Origin: Pseudomonadota bacterium
GTDB lineage: Bacteria > Myxococcota_A > UBA796 > SXON01
Direction: 5' to 3'
Assembly (NCBI GenBank): GCA_030685065.1
Contig: JAUXQH010000133.1
Coordinates: 2,786-66,785 of the forward strand
DNA length: 64,000 bases
The position numbers and the translations under genes are program-made. Below are positions 55,746-64,000 of the stretch, one piece after another. The notes under the pieces were generated by a model. It did no database searches. It was not told the origin of the DNA and was given only the letters and a program-made list of their open reading frames with translations. Each line of letters begins with the position of its first letter. Position 1 is the stretch's first letter.

Positions 55746-57170
55746 TCAGAGATCGGTCACCGTGCCGGCCGGCCAGTCGATCTCGGCGAAGGGCTTGTAC
55801 AGATCCTCTTCGTTGACGTTGCGCGTGTCGGTCCACTCCAACAGGCCGCCGATGTAGATGTTCATCGTGACGTCGTTGTTGCCGTTGTACACGGAGCCCG
55901 GGTAGTCATGGACGTACACCGTGAAGGTGCCATTCTCCGGGTCGTCGATGTTGATGTTCTCGGGGCCGGTGCCGGGGATGTCGTCGATGTCGAGGACCGG
56001 GTCGTCGTCCGGGTCGCCACGCACACCCCAGTCGAGGCTGGAGAAGCTGCCCGCGCAGTTGCCGTAGTAGCAGTCCCCGTTGCCGACCAGGGAGCCGCCC
56101 GGCTTGAGGAGATGGAGATCCATGTCGTCGCCGCTGTGGGTCCAGAAGATCTCGATCCAGAGGTCGCCGCCAGGAATGGCCTCGAGCGTGGCGGTGCACG
56201 GCTCGGAGCGATCCCCCAGCTCGTTCGTGACGACGAGCTCGGCGATGTAGGTGCCCGCGAGGTCGGGGGTGAAGTTCGGACGGTTGGCGCCGCCGCTCGG
56301 CATCCGGGCGGACGACCCGCTCGGGGCCGAGGTCAAGGTCCACGCGTAGTTGGTGATCGCGTACCCGGCCGGATCGTACGAGTCGTTCCCGTACCAGGTC
56401 GTGTCCTCGTGAATGGCCTCGACCGCGTCCGGATTGGCGTAGCACACGGCGATCGGCTGATCGCCCGCGCCCGACCCGGAGAGCTCGGCGAACTTCATGC
56501 CGGCGGGATCGTTGCTGCCGACCTGGAGCTGACCCGACCAGACCTCGCTCGCGTCGGGCGTGAAGGTGACGGTGACCGTGGTCTCGTCACCCGGCTCGAT
56601 CTCGAGGGGGAGCGAATCGGAGATCGTGTAGGTGAACACGGACTCGGTGAGGCTCAGCGCGGTGATCTCGAGGGTGGCGCCGCCGGTGTTGCGGAGCGCG
56701 AAGTCGGCCTCGGCGCTCTCTCCCACGCCCACGTAGCCGTAGTTGTACGTGTCGGGGGTGATCGTCAGCTCGGGGACGAGCCCGCCGCCGTTGAGGGTGA
56801 CGATGTGCGGGGAGTCCGCGTCGTCGCTGAAGACCTCGGCGGTGCCGAAGTCCTCTTCTCCCGTCGCGGTGTAGGTGATCACCACGTCCATCGAGTCGTC
56901 GACCGCGAGCCCGCCCGCGGTGAAGCTCGTGAGGGCGAACTCGCCGCCGTCGATGATCACGTCGGTGATGTCGGCGGCCACGGCGCCGATGCTCGTGATG
57001 GTGAAGGTCTGCGCGAGCTCCGCGCCCGATTCCCCTGTGCCGAAGTAGAGGTCCGTGGGATCGACCTCGATCTGCGGGCCGCCGTCCTCGTCGGGCTTGA
57101 TCGCGCCGATATCGTAATCGGGGGTGCAGGCCACCACGAACAGAGGGACGAACAGGATCGAGCGACGCAT
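55746..57170 (-). CDS. Acidic lipoprotein with Ig-like (choice-of-anchor D / PKD-like) domains
   Basis: FVVAC lipobox; DLYFG and YNYGYV Ig domains; SYDPAG...YAWTL...FTPDLAGTY; DDMDLHL...GPENINI. Confidence 0.8.
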   Translation of the reverse strand: MRRSILFVPLFVVACTPDYDIGAIKPDEDGGPQIEVDPTDLYFGTGESGAELAQTFTITSIGAVAADITDVIIDGGEFALTSFTAGGLAVDDSMDVVITYTATGEEDFGTAEVFSDDADSPHIVTLNGGGLVPELTITPDTYNYGYVGVGESAEADFALRNTGGATLEITALSLTESVFTYTISDSLPLEIEPGDETTVTVTFTPDASEVWSGQLQVGSNDPAGMKFAELSGSGAGDQPIAVCYANPDAVEAIHEDTTWYGNDSYDPAGYAITNYAWTLTSAPSGSSARMPSGGANRPNFTPDLAGTYIAELVVTNELGDRSEPCTATLEAIPGGDLWIEIFWTHSGDDMDLHLLKPGGSLVGNGDCYYGNCAGSFSSLDWGVRGDPDDDPVLDIDDIPGTGPENINIDDPENGTFTVYVHDYPGSVYNGNNDVTMNIYIGGLLEWTDTRNVNEEDLYKPFAEIDWPAGTVTDL

Positions 57171-57178
57171 CCAAGCCT

Positions 57179-57240
57179 CCAGCATTCAATCATCGAGCAT
57201 GCACAGTCGAACATACAGAGCGAGCATACGGAGCGGGCGC
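57179..57240. repeat. Degenerate 13-15-nt tandem repeats, CGAGCAT core
   Basis: CCAGCAT 57179, CGAGCAT 57194, CGAACAT 57208, CGAGCAT 57221; decayed copy at 57234. Confidence 0.65.
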
Positions 57241-57457
57241 AGGGAACGGGGATACCCGACGCGCCGCGCAGCTTAGCATGAGATGTCGGGGCACGAGCCC
57301 GTAATGACGCCCCTGGACAAGCTTTTTGCGGTGGGGCGCGCGCGCCTCAGTGGGGCGCGGATGCCCCACCTTCCGGCTCGCGTCGAGGGCGAAGTGCGGC
57401 GCTCGCACGGCGCCCGGGCGGACGGTGGTAGGATGCGGCTGACGCCGAGGTGGCCCC

Positions 57458-58642
57458 ATGCTCCGTTCCATTCTGAAGCTCTCTCCCCTCGCCGTCGTCG
57501 CCTGCGCGAGTGACATCGGCATCACGAAACAGGCGCAGTGCGATGGGGTCCTCCAGCAGCAGGAGGAGACGGTCGACGCACCGTTCGACGTCGACCAGGA
57601 CGGAGCTTTCGACGGCGCGAACCCGGACTGCGCAGCGACCTACGCGGCGGTCGACCTGGACTGCGACGACGCGGATCCGGACATTCGCCCCGGCGTCGTG
57701 GAACTCCAGTGCAACGGAGTCGACGATGACTGCGCCGCGGAGACCCCGGACGGCGCCGATGTCGACGCCGATGGCTACTCCGCGTGCGAGGACTGCGCCG
57801 ACGCCGAGCCCGGGGTGAACCCCGGCACGCTCGAGGTCGCCTGCAACCTGGTCGACGACGACTGCGACGAGGCGACCCCCGACGGAGTGGACGCGGACGG
57901 CGATGGCGCCACAGCTTGCGACGATTGCAACGACTCCGACGCGGCGGTGGACCCAGCGGGGGCCGAGGTGGCGTGTAACGGAGTGGACGATGACTGCGAC
58001 GAGGCCACCGCCGACGGCGCCGATGTCGATGGCGACGGATACTCGGAGTGCGAGGATTGCGCCGACGCCGAGCCCGCGGTGAACCCGGGCACGCTCGAGG
58101 TCGCGTGCAACCTGATCGATGACGACTGCGACGGGGCGACGCCGGACGGAGTGGACGCCGACGCCGATGGTGCAACAGCTTGCGACGACTGCAACGACGC
58201 GAATTCCGCGGTTCGTCCTGGGGCCATCGAGGTGGCCTGTAACGGAGTGGACGACGATTGTGACCCTGCCACGTTGGACGAGGAGTGCGGCGAGTCCGAC
58301 TACACGGACACTTGGAACCTCGACGATGTGATCGAGTATTCGTGCACGTTCGGAGTCGTGACCATCGACTTCGAGCGCGTACTGATCACGGACGCGTATC
58401 CGGACGTCACCGTCAACGCGCTCGGGAGCGGCGCCCAGCCGGGCGAGATGGATGGCACGTTCTCGTCGAGCACCGAGTTCTCGGCCGAGCAGATCGTGCG
58501 AGGGAGCTGCACCGAGGTCTACGCCTTCGCGGGCACATTTACCTCGATGACGACGTTCGAGGGAACGTTCACGGCCGACTTCGTGGGGAGCGGATGCTTC
58601 GATTGCGCGAACCAGAGCTGGATTGTCACGGGGTCTCGCTAG
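57458..58642 (+). CDS. Lipoprotein with Cys/Asp MopE-type (putative metal-binding) repeats
   Basis: AVVAC lipobox; 44-aa repeats DC.D....V.PG..EVACN.VDDDCD. Confidence 0.85.
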   Translation: MLRSILKLSPLAVVACASDIGITKQAQCDGVLQQQEETVDAPFDVDQDGAFDGANPDCAATYAAVDLDCDDADPDIRPGVVELQCNGVDDDCAAETPDGADVDADGYSACEDCADAEPGVNPGTLEVACNLVDDDCDEATPDGVDADGDGATACDDCNDSDAAVDPAGAEVACNGVDDDCDEATADGADVDGDGYSECEDCADAEPAVNPGTLEVACNLIDDDCDGATPDGVDADADGATACDDCNDANSAVRPGAIEVACNGVDDDCDPATLDEECGESDYTDTWNLDDVIEYSCTFGVVTIDFERVLITDAYPDVTVNALGSGAQPGEMDGTFSSSTEFSAEQIVRGSCTEVYAFAGTFTSMTTFEGTFTADFVGSGCFDCANQSWIVTGSR

Positions 58643-58957
58643 ATGCGCCAGGTGAGCGTGGAAGAGGCGAGGGATCTGTTGGACAGCGCTGCGCCGCCGC
58701 TGCTCGTGGACTGCAGGCAGTCCTGGGAGCACGAGCTCTGCCATCTCCCGGGGGATGTGCTCCTCCCGTTGGACGAGGTGATCGAGCGTGGGCACGAATT
58801 GGAGCGCGGCCGTCCGGTCCTGGTTTATTGTCACGCGGGGGTGCGGTCGATCAACGCGGCCGTGCTGCTCGAGCGTCAGGGCTTCGAGACCATGAGCATG
58901 CGCGGAGGCATCGAGGCGTGGAGCCTGCGAATCGATCCGACGGTGCCGCGGTATTGA
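58643..58957 (+). CDS. Single-domain rhodanese
   Basis: LLVDCRQSWEH..CHLPG, VYCHAGVRS, GGIEAWSLRIDPTVPRY. Confidence 0.92.
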   Translation: MRQVSVEEARDLLDSAAPPLLVDCRQSWEHELCHLPGDVLLPLDEVIERGHELERGRPVLVYCHAGVRSINAAVLLERQGFETMSMRGGIEAWSLRIDPTVPRY

Positions 58958-58973
58958 GCTCCGGGGTTCGTTG

Positions 58974-59297
58974 GTGAACGAGAGAGAGGCGGAGGACGCC
59001 GTGCTCGCGGCACTGCGGCCATCCGGCCTGCGGGAGCGGCTTCGTCTCGCGATTGGCGGCGGCTACACCGCGCTCCAGGTGTGGGAGCGGTTGGAGCCCG
59101 CGGTGCGCGCGGCCCTGGTGGATCCCAGGGGCGAGGATGCGACGGTCACCGGGCGGCGTGCCGTCGAGCGTGTGCAGAGGGTCCTGATGGCCCTCGCTGC
59201 CACCGGGCGGGTGCGGCATGCGCGCGTGGGGATGAGCATCACGCTGAACACCAAGGGGCCTCGCGACGTGCTCGTCGACGTATTCCGCGCGACATAG
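58974..59297 (+). CDS. Small hypothetical protein, possible winged helix
   Basis: Helix pattern AVLAAL / YTALQVWERL / VQRVLMALAATGRV followed by beta-like segments. Confidence 0.5.
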   Translation: MNEREAEDAVLAALRPSGLRERLRLAIGGGYTALQVWERLEPAVRAALVDPRGEDATVTGRRAVERVQRVLMALAATGRVRHARVGMSITLNTKGPRDVLVDVFRAT

Positions 59298-59343
59298 GTC
59301 TTGTCCGCGCGCGCATTCGTGTAATGTTGGGCGCGGAGGGTTC

Positions 59344-59586
59344 ATGCACCCACTTGCCGAGGCGCAGGCTGTCGCGCTGATGCTGCAGCATTCGACGGGC
59401 TGGATCCACGTATTCTGTGACGGCTCGTCGCGTTGGTCGACCGCGCCGCCCGATGCCACGTCCTATTGGGACCCAGGGGATGTGCCCGAGCCCGTCGTCT
59501 GTCAACGCCGTACGTACCAGCAGGCGCGGGGCGCGTTTTCGGCTGCCCTCAAACGGCTGCGGGCGCGGGGAATCCCGGTTGGGTGA
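59344..59586 (+). CDS. Small hypothetical protein
   Basis: GGAGG RBS before ATG; protein-like composition; stop converges on the next gene. Confidence 0.5.
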   Translation: MHPLAEAQAVALMLQHSTGWIHVFCDGSSRWSTAPPDATSYWDPGDVPEPVVCQRRTYQQARGAFSAALKRLRARGIPVG

Positions 59587-59603
59587 GCCTCAGGGCCCGT
59601 CCC

Positions 59604-60323
59604 TCAGCGAAAGCACGGAATCGGCGCGCCGTCCGCGCCAGGTTGCGCCGCGCACCCGGCCGCGTAGCGGGCGCGCACCTTGACCGCGTTGCGCTCCACT
59701 CCCGCGTACAACCCCGTCATGGACGAGCGCGTGTAGCTGTCCACCGCCCCGTCGGGGATGGCGCCGCCGAGCGTCGCCCGGGCCTGGTAGAGAGCGAGGG
59801 TGTTGCCATCCTCGAGGGGGACGAGCAGCCAGCCGCCCTCGTTGACGCTGACGGTCTCCGAAGCGTCGAAGCGCTCGGTGTCGGTGCGCGCCCGGGCCTC
59901 GGAGAGCAGGTCGCCTCGAAGGGTCCATGCGCGCTCCCACACTCCGGAGGCCGAGGCGAGCCGCGCATTGTTGGTCAGGGAGATCACCCAGTGGCGATCG
60001 TTGAGGGGCCATGGAAGATCCAGGCGTTGGTACAGCCGCTTGGGCGCCGCCCACGCGCCCTGCAACGCGACCTCCGTGAGGCTCTCGATCTCGGCGGAGA
60101 GCTGATCATCCGTAATCGAGAGCCAGGCCTCCTCCCGCGTCAGGTCGAGCACGCCGACGCCGAGCACGGTCGCGGGATCTCCGGGGAGCGTGCGCCGAGC
60201 CACCTTTCCGGCGGCCACTTCCTCCCACACCTTTCCATCGAATGCGGGCGGGGGGAAGGTGGCTTGCGTGGCCACCGAGGGGGCCACCGCGGCCCACACG
60301 GCTGCGAGCGCGGCCGCCGTCAC
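59604..60323 (-). CDS. START/SRPBCC-like exported protein
   Basis: LYQRLDLPWPLNDRHWV, NEGGWLLVPL and LGGAIP START-like motifs. Start uncertain. Confidence 0.65.
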   Translation of the reverse strand: MTAAALAAVWAAVAPSVATQATFPPPAFDGKVWEEVAAGKVARRTLPGDPATVLGVGVLDLTREEAWLSITDDQLSAEIESLTEVALQGAWAAPKRLYQRLDLPWPLNDRHWVISLTNNARLASASGVWERAWTLRGDLLSEARARTDTERFDASETVSVNEGGWLLVPLEDGNTLALYQARATLGGAIPDGAVDSYTRSSMTGLYAGVERNAVKVRARYAAGCAAQPGADGAPIPCFR

Positions 60324-60490
60324 CGGGGCCACCGCCGCACGTGCGGAGTGGCACGGGCCGAGGGCTCCCAACCTCCGTCGGGGGCGGGCGGGCGGGGTCG
60401 GGACTTCGCGAGCGCTTCGGACAGGGGGGCCTCGGGACAGCCTGCTCCTACCACGTTCCTGGGGAGGAAACCGTGGGGCGACAAGCTGAA

Positions 60491-60556
60491 GGGCCCCGCG
60501 CCGTCGGTGATCCGACGGGCGGGGCCCTGGGTCTGGAACCGGAGGACGTCCTCCGG
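60491..60556 (-). terminator. Tandem hairpins 3' of the FG-GAP gene
   Basis: GGGCCCCGC.CCGTCGG-TGAT-CCGACGGGCGGGGCCC and perfect palindrome CCGGAGGACGTCCTCCGG; no U-tract. Confidence 0.45.
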
Positions 60557-60559
60557 AGG

Positions 60560-63538
60560 CTAGTCGAGGCTCAGGTCATCGATGTCCTCGCCCTGGTCGC
60601 CCGTCGGACGCCGCGGCTCATCGCCCCTCGGCTGGGCCTCGACGATGTCGAACCCGTACGTGTCGTACGTCGTCGTGATCGAGATCCCGTGCTCGTCGCC
60701 GCTCCACGTGGCGGGGGCCAGCCCCACCACGAACTCGTCCAGCGGCACGGATCCGAGCACCTCCCCGGTGTCGACGCGGAACGCGAAGGCCTCCGAACCC
60801 ACGTTGCCGAAGTCGTAGCCCGTCACCACCAGCACCCCCGGCTCGCCGGCGTTGCCCGGCACGTAGGCCAGGGGACCTCCCACGAAGTACATCTCCGGCT
60901 TCTGTTCGGTGCCCTCCCGCACCCCCTGGTTCTTCCGCACGCTCAGCGCCGCGTCCTCCAGCGACTCCTCCCAGAGCAGCTCGCCGTTCGCACCATCGAG
61001 GACCCGGATCTCGCCCTCCACCGTGGTGAACGCGATGTCACGTTTGTCGTCGCCGTTCACGTCCTCGATCACCTGCCCGAAGAGCGAGCCGGCGAACTCC
61101 CCAAACGGCGAGTCCTCCATGCGGGGTGCGCGCGGATCGGGGGCGCCGGCCATATCCAAGCGCCACCTCTCCTTGCCGTCCCGCGCCTCGAGGACGGTCA
61201 CGTGCCCGTCCTCCGCCTCGGTGCGTCCGCCATACACCACCCCGCCCTCGACGATCTCGAGCCACACGGCGTCATCCACGTCCGAGGTGATGTTCCATCG
61301 GATCGACCCGTCCCCCTCCAACAGGGCCATGTGGTACGGGGCGTTGCGCCCGAGGTCCCCGAAGGCCACCTCCTCACTGCCGTTCCCATCGCTGTCGCCC
61401 ACCGCGATCTGCCCGATGTCACAGGTGGCGACGTCCATCTGCCACAGCAGCTTGCCGTCGAGGTCGTAGGCCATGACCCCGCAGGCACGGTCGCCCATCG
61501 GCTGTCCGATGCGGAACCCGAAGTACGGAACGACGATCTCCTGGCTGCCGTCGCCGTCGAGATCCGCGAACTTCGCCTCGGCCAGCCCCGCTGCCGTCTG
61601 CACGGAGAACAGCGTATTCCCCTGGTTGTCGAACAGCTGGAGCACGCCGGCGTTCTCACCCCGCCACCCGAAGCCGCTCACGACGAACATGCCGGCGCCA
61701 CCCTCCTCGTGGCGGGCCATCTCGATGCCCGTGATGACGGCGGGGCCATCCCCGGCGAGCTTGCTCTCGAACATGGGCTGGCCGTTGTGGCCGAGCCCGG
61801 TGACGTTGCCGAACACATCACCGGTGACCACCTCGGCGATCCCGTCGCCGTCGAGGTCTCCGACTCCCATGGCATGATTGAGGCCGCCAGCCGACAAGGT
61901 GTCGATCATCTCTCCGTTGTTCGCCGACACCTTGTAGAGCTGGGCGTCGCCGCTCGCGATGATGAGCTGGTTGTCTCCGACCGCCGCGAACGCCCGCGCG
62001 GGGACGGATGTCTCGATGCGCCAGAGCTCCTGTGGCCCGTCCATCGCGAGGCTCCAGGCCGCGGTCTGCGCCATGGTCGGCGCGAGCGCCGGACCCTCGT
62101 TCGGCAGGGCGGCCTTCTCTCCCTTCACCACCGGGTAGCCCAGGCCGGTGATCAGCTCCTTGGTCCCGTCCGCGTCGAGGTCGATGGCATCGACGATGTA
62201 GGCGCGCGCGCCCAGCGGCGCGTTCCAGAGCTCCGCGCCGTCCTGTCCGAACCCGTAGATCGTGGACTCCTCGTCGTTGTACGCGTGCACGATCAGCTCG
62301 CCGTGGTCGTCACCGTCGAGATCCTGGACGAGGATCCCATCCACCCGGCCGTCGACCGCGAACTCCTGGACCACCTCCCCCTGCGTGTCGAGCGTCACCA
62401 CGCTGTCGCGCAGACCGACGATCACGTCCCCCCGGTCATCTCCGTCGAGGTCGTAGATCGAGGCGGTGTAGATCTCGCCCTTCGGCAGGTTGCCCGTGTA
62501 GAGGGTCTTGCCACGGGCGTCGACCGCCACGATTCCGCCCAGGACCTCCTCGCCGGTCCCCTCGTCGCGCCCGGGGCCCTGGTCGTCCGTCGGGCGCGGG
62601 AGCAGGTTCTCCCGTTCCTGTGAGCCGTCCCCCTGGCGGCCCTCGTGCAGCCCCTCGTGCATCGCCAACAGGGCGTTCTTCTCGGAGGGGCAGATGTCGT
62701 AGTGCTCCTTCTCTCCCTTCGATTCGACGTTTCCAATCAACAGGAGCTCACGCCCGCTCTTTGCGTCGAGGTTTCCCGAGCGCACCATCGAAGGCGTGAA
62801 GTCGATGTCGGCGTCCCAGAGCTTCTCGCCGGTCTGACCCGAGTAGGCGGACCTGCCTCCGCTCGGAAAGAAGTCGGGGACCGTGTCGCCATCGGCGTCG
62901 ATGAGGGCGAAGTCGCAGGCGTTTCCGTCCCCCTGCAGCTTCACCGTGTAGAGGAGCTTCCCCGTCGCGGCGTCGAGCCGGTGGATCCGGTTGGCGCTGT
63001 CGAGCACGATCACCGTGCCCTCGGCGGTGCGCAGCTCCCGCACGTGCACACCCATGAAACGCAGCTTCTCCGCGATTTGTTGGTCGTTCAATTCGAGGCT
63101 GGACTGATCCGACGCGTCGTCCGACTTCTCGTCCTTTGCCTGGTTCGTGTTCGGATGCTCCTCCACGGCCGGCAGGTCGAAGGTCCACAGCGGCTGCCCG
63201 TCCTCCGCCAACGCGACGACTCCCTGGCCGCCGTAGAGGAGCTCATCGATGCCGTTCCCATCGATGTCGGCCGGGCGCATCGACCAGACGGCGCCGTAGC
63301 CCTCCTTCACGAACCGCTCCCCGAAGACGCCCGCGTACCTCTGGGAGTCCTGGTTCGGGTCGACGGTGTCGGCATCGCCGCTCGTCGTCGTGTCTCCGCT
63401 CAGATCGGATCCGGCCGGACTCCCGGTCGCTTGGGGGTTTCCCCACGGCATGTTGTACCCGCAGGCGGTCAGGCCCCCGAGCAGGAGCAGCCATCCCCAC
63501 CGCGGGGTCGGTTGGCTCCTCGTCGACATCGTGTGCAT
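60560..63538 (-). CDS. Large lipoprotein with FG-GAP / PQQ-like beta-propeller repeats
   Basis: GLTAC lipobox; many D(L/I)DGDG..E(I/L)(V/I) repeats alternating with G..LW motifs; GGAGG RBS before ATG 63538. Confidence 0.85.
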   Translation of the reverse strand: MHTMSTRSQPTPRWGWLLLLGGLTACGYNMPWGNPQATGSPAGSDLSGDTTTSGDADTVDPNQDSQRYAGVFGERFVKEGYGAVWSMRPADIDGNGIDELLYGGQGVVALAEDGQPLWTFDLPAVEEHPNTNQAKDEKSDDASDQSSLELNDQQIAEKLRFMGVHVRELRTAEGTVIVLDSANRIHRLDAATGKLLYTVKLQGDGNACDFALIDADGDTVPDFFPSGGRSAYSGQTGEKLWDADIDFTPSMVRSGNLDAKSGRELLLIGNVESKGEKEHYDICPSEKNALLAMHEGLHEGRQGDGSQERENLLPRPTDDQGPGRDEGTGEEVLGGIVAVDARGKTLYTGNLPKGEIYTASIYDLDGDDRGDVIVGLRDSVVTLDTQGEVVQEFAVDGRVDGILVQDLDGDDHGELIVHAYNDEESTIYGFGQDGAELWNAPLGARAYIVDAIDLDADGTKELITGLGYPVVKGEKAALPNEGPALAPTMAQTAAWSLAMDGPQELWRIETSVPARAFAAVGDNQLIIASGDAQLYKVSANNGEMIDTLSAGGLNHAMGVGDLDGDGIAEVVTGDVFGNVTGLGHNGQPMFESKLAGDGPAVITGIEMARHEEGGAGMFVVSGFGWRGENAGVLQLFDNQGNTLFSVQTAAGLAEAKFADLDGDGSQEIVVPYFGFRIGQPMGDRACGVMAYDLDGKLLWQMDVATCDIGQIAVGDSDGNGSEEVAFGDLGRNAPYHMALLEGDGSIRWNITSDVDDAVWLEIVEGGVVYGGRTEAEDGHVTVLEARDGKERWRLDMAGAPDPRAPRMEDSPFGEFAGSLFGQVIEDVNGDDKRDIAFTTVEGEIRVLDGANGELLWEESLEDAALSVRKNQGVREGTEQKPEMYFVGGPLAYVPGNAGEPGVLVVTGYDFGNVGSEAFAFRVDTGEVLGSVPLDEFVVGLAPATWSGDEHGISITTTYDTYGFDIVEAQPRGDEPRRPTGDQGEDIDDLSLD

Positions 63539-63739
63539 CGCGTTCCTCCCATCAGGACCCCTTCGACCCTCGGCCCACGCCAAGGATTCCGAGCGTTTCA
63601 ACCGTTGTTTTTGGCTTCCGACGGAGGCTCCGCGCTCGGGCGGTCGTCTTTACAAGGCGGTGCCCGGTCGATAGAGGCCCGGGCCCCGCGATCCCGCCGG
63701 TACCGCACCTGGCGGTCCGGCTCGCGGCACCGGAGCACC

Positions 63740-64000
63740 ATGGCGACCCTGACCCTCCCCGAGATCCCCAAGGACTACGACGCGCCGTCGATCGAGGCGC
63801 GCTGCCGCGCGCTCTGGGAGGAGAGCGGGATTCACCGCTACGATCCCGACGCCCCCGGGGAGCTGTTCTCGGTCGACACGCCGCCGCCGTACGTCTCGGC
63901 GGCGCACCTGCACGTCGGCCACGCGATGTCCTACACCCAGGCCGAGATCATCATCCGGTACCAACGGATGAAGGGCCGCAAGGTGTTCTACCCGATGGGG
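63740..64000 (+). CDS. valS: Valine-tRNA ligase, type 2, N-terminal part (runs off the window)
   Basis: Read by hand: MATLTLPEIPKDYDAPSIEARCRALWEESGIHRY...FSVDTPPPYVSAAHLHVGHAMSY...RYQRMKGRKVFYPMG. Confidence 0.9.
   Translation, partial: MATLTLPEIPKDYDAPSIEARCRALWEESGIHRYDPDAPGELFSVDTPPPYVSAAHLHVGHAMSYTQAEIIIRYQRMKGRKVFYPMG

Overview
High-GC bacterial chromosomal window, most likely Myxococcota-like (inferred from a MYXO-CTERM tail, Cys/Asp-rich MopE-type repeat proteins and Tad pseudopilins). Most of it is housekeeping: the end of recA, a dihydroorotase, HU, ribA, rsmE-prmA, smpB, a dcw cluster (mraZ to ftsZ), pal-cpoB, rimP-nusA-ylxR-infB-DUF503, lysM-dprA-smg and the start of valS. Interspersed are an alkyl-DHAP-synthase-like lipid operon, an orphan Tad pseudopilin cassette behind a doubly anchored surface protein, a ~10 kb glycosylation locus and several secreted repeat lipoproteins. 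I saw no rRNA, tRNA, CRISPR array, transposase or prophage gene. Strongest oddities: (1) the dcw cluster lacks murF, murG, ddl and ftsA, keeps a MurB with its catalytic motifs replaced, and carries a ~220-nt nested structured element before murE and a 13-14-nt repeat array before ftsZ; (2) a 14-bp repeat forms a relay of three GTGA-coupled 5-codon mini-ORFs in front of an O-antigen-ligase-like gene; (3) several unrelated intergenic regions closed by long-range stems; (4) a type-2 (archaeal-like) ValRS. All family calls come from motif recognition by eye; no database search or folding program was run.
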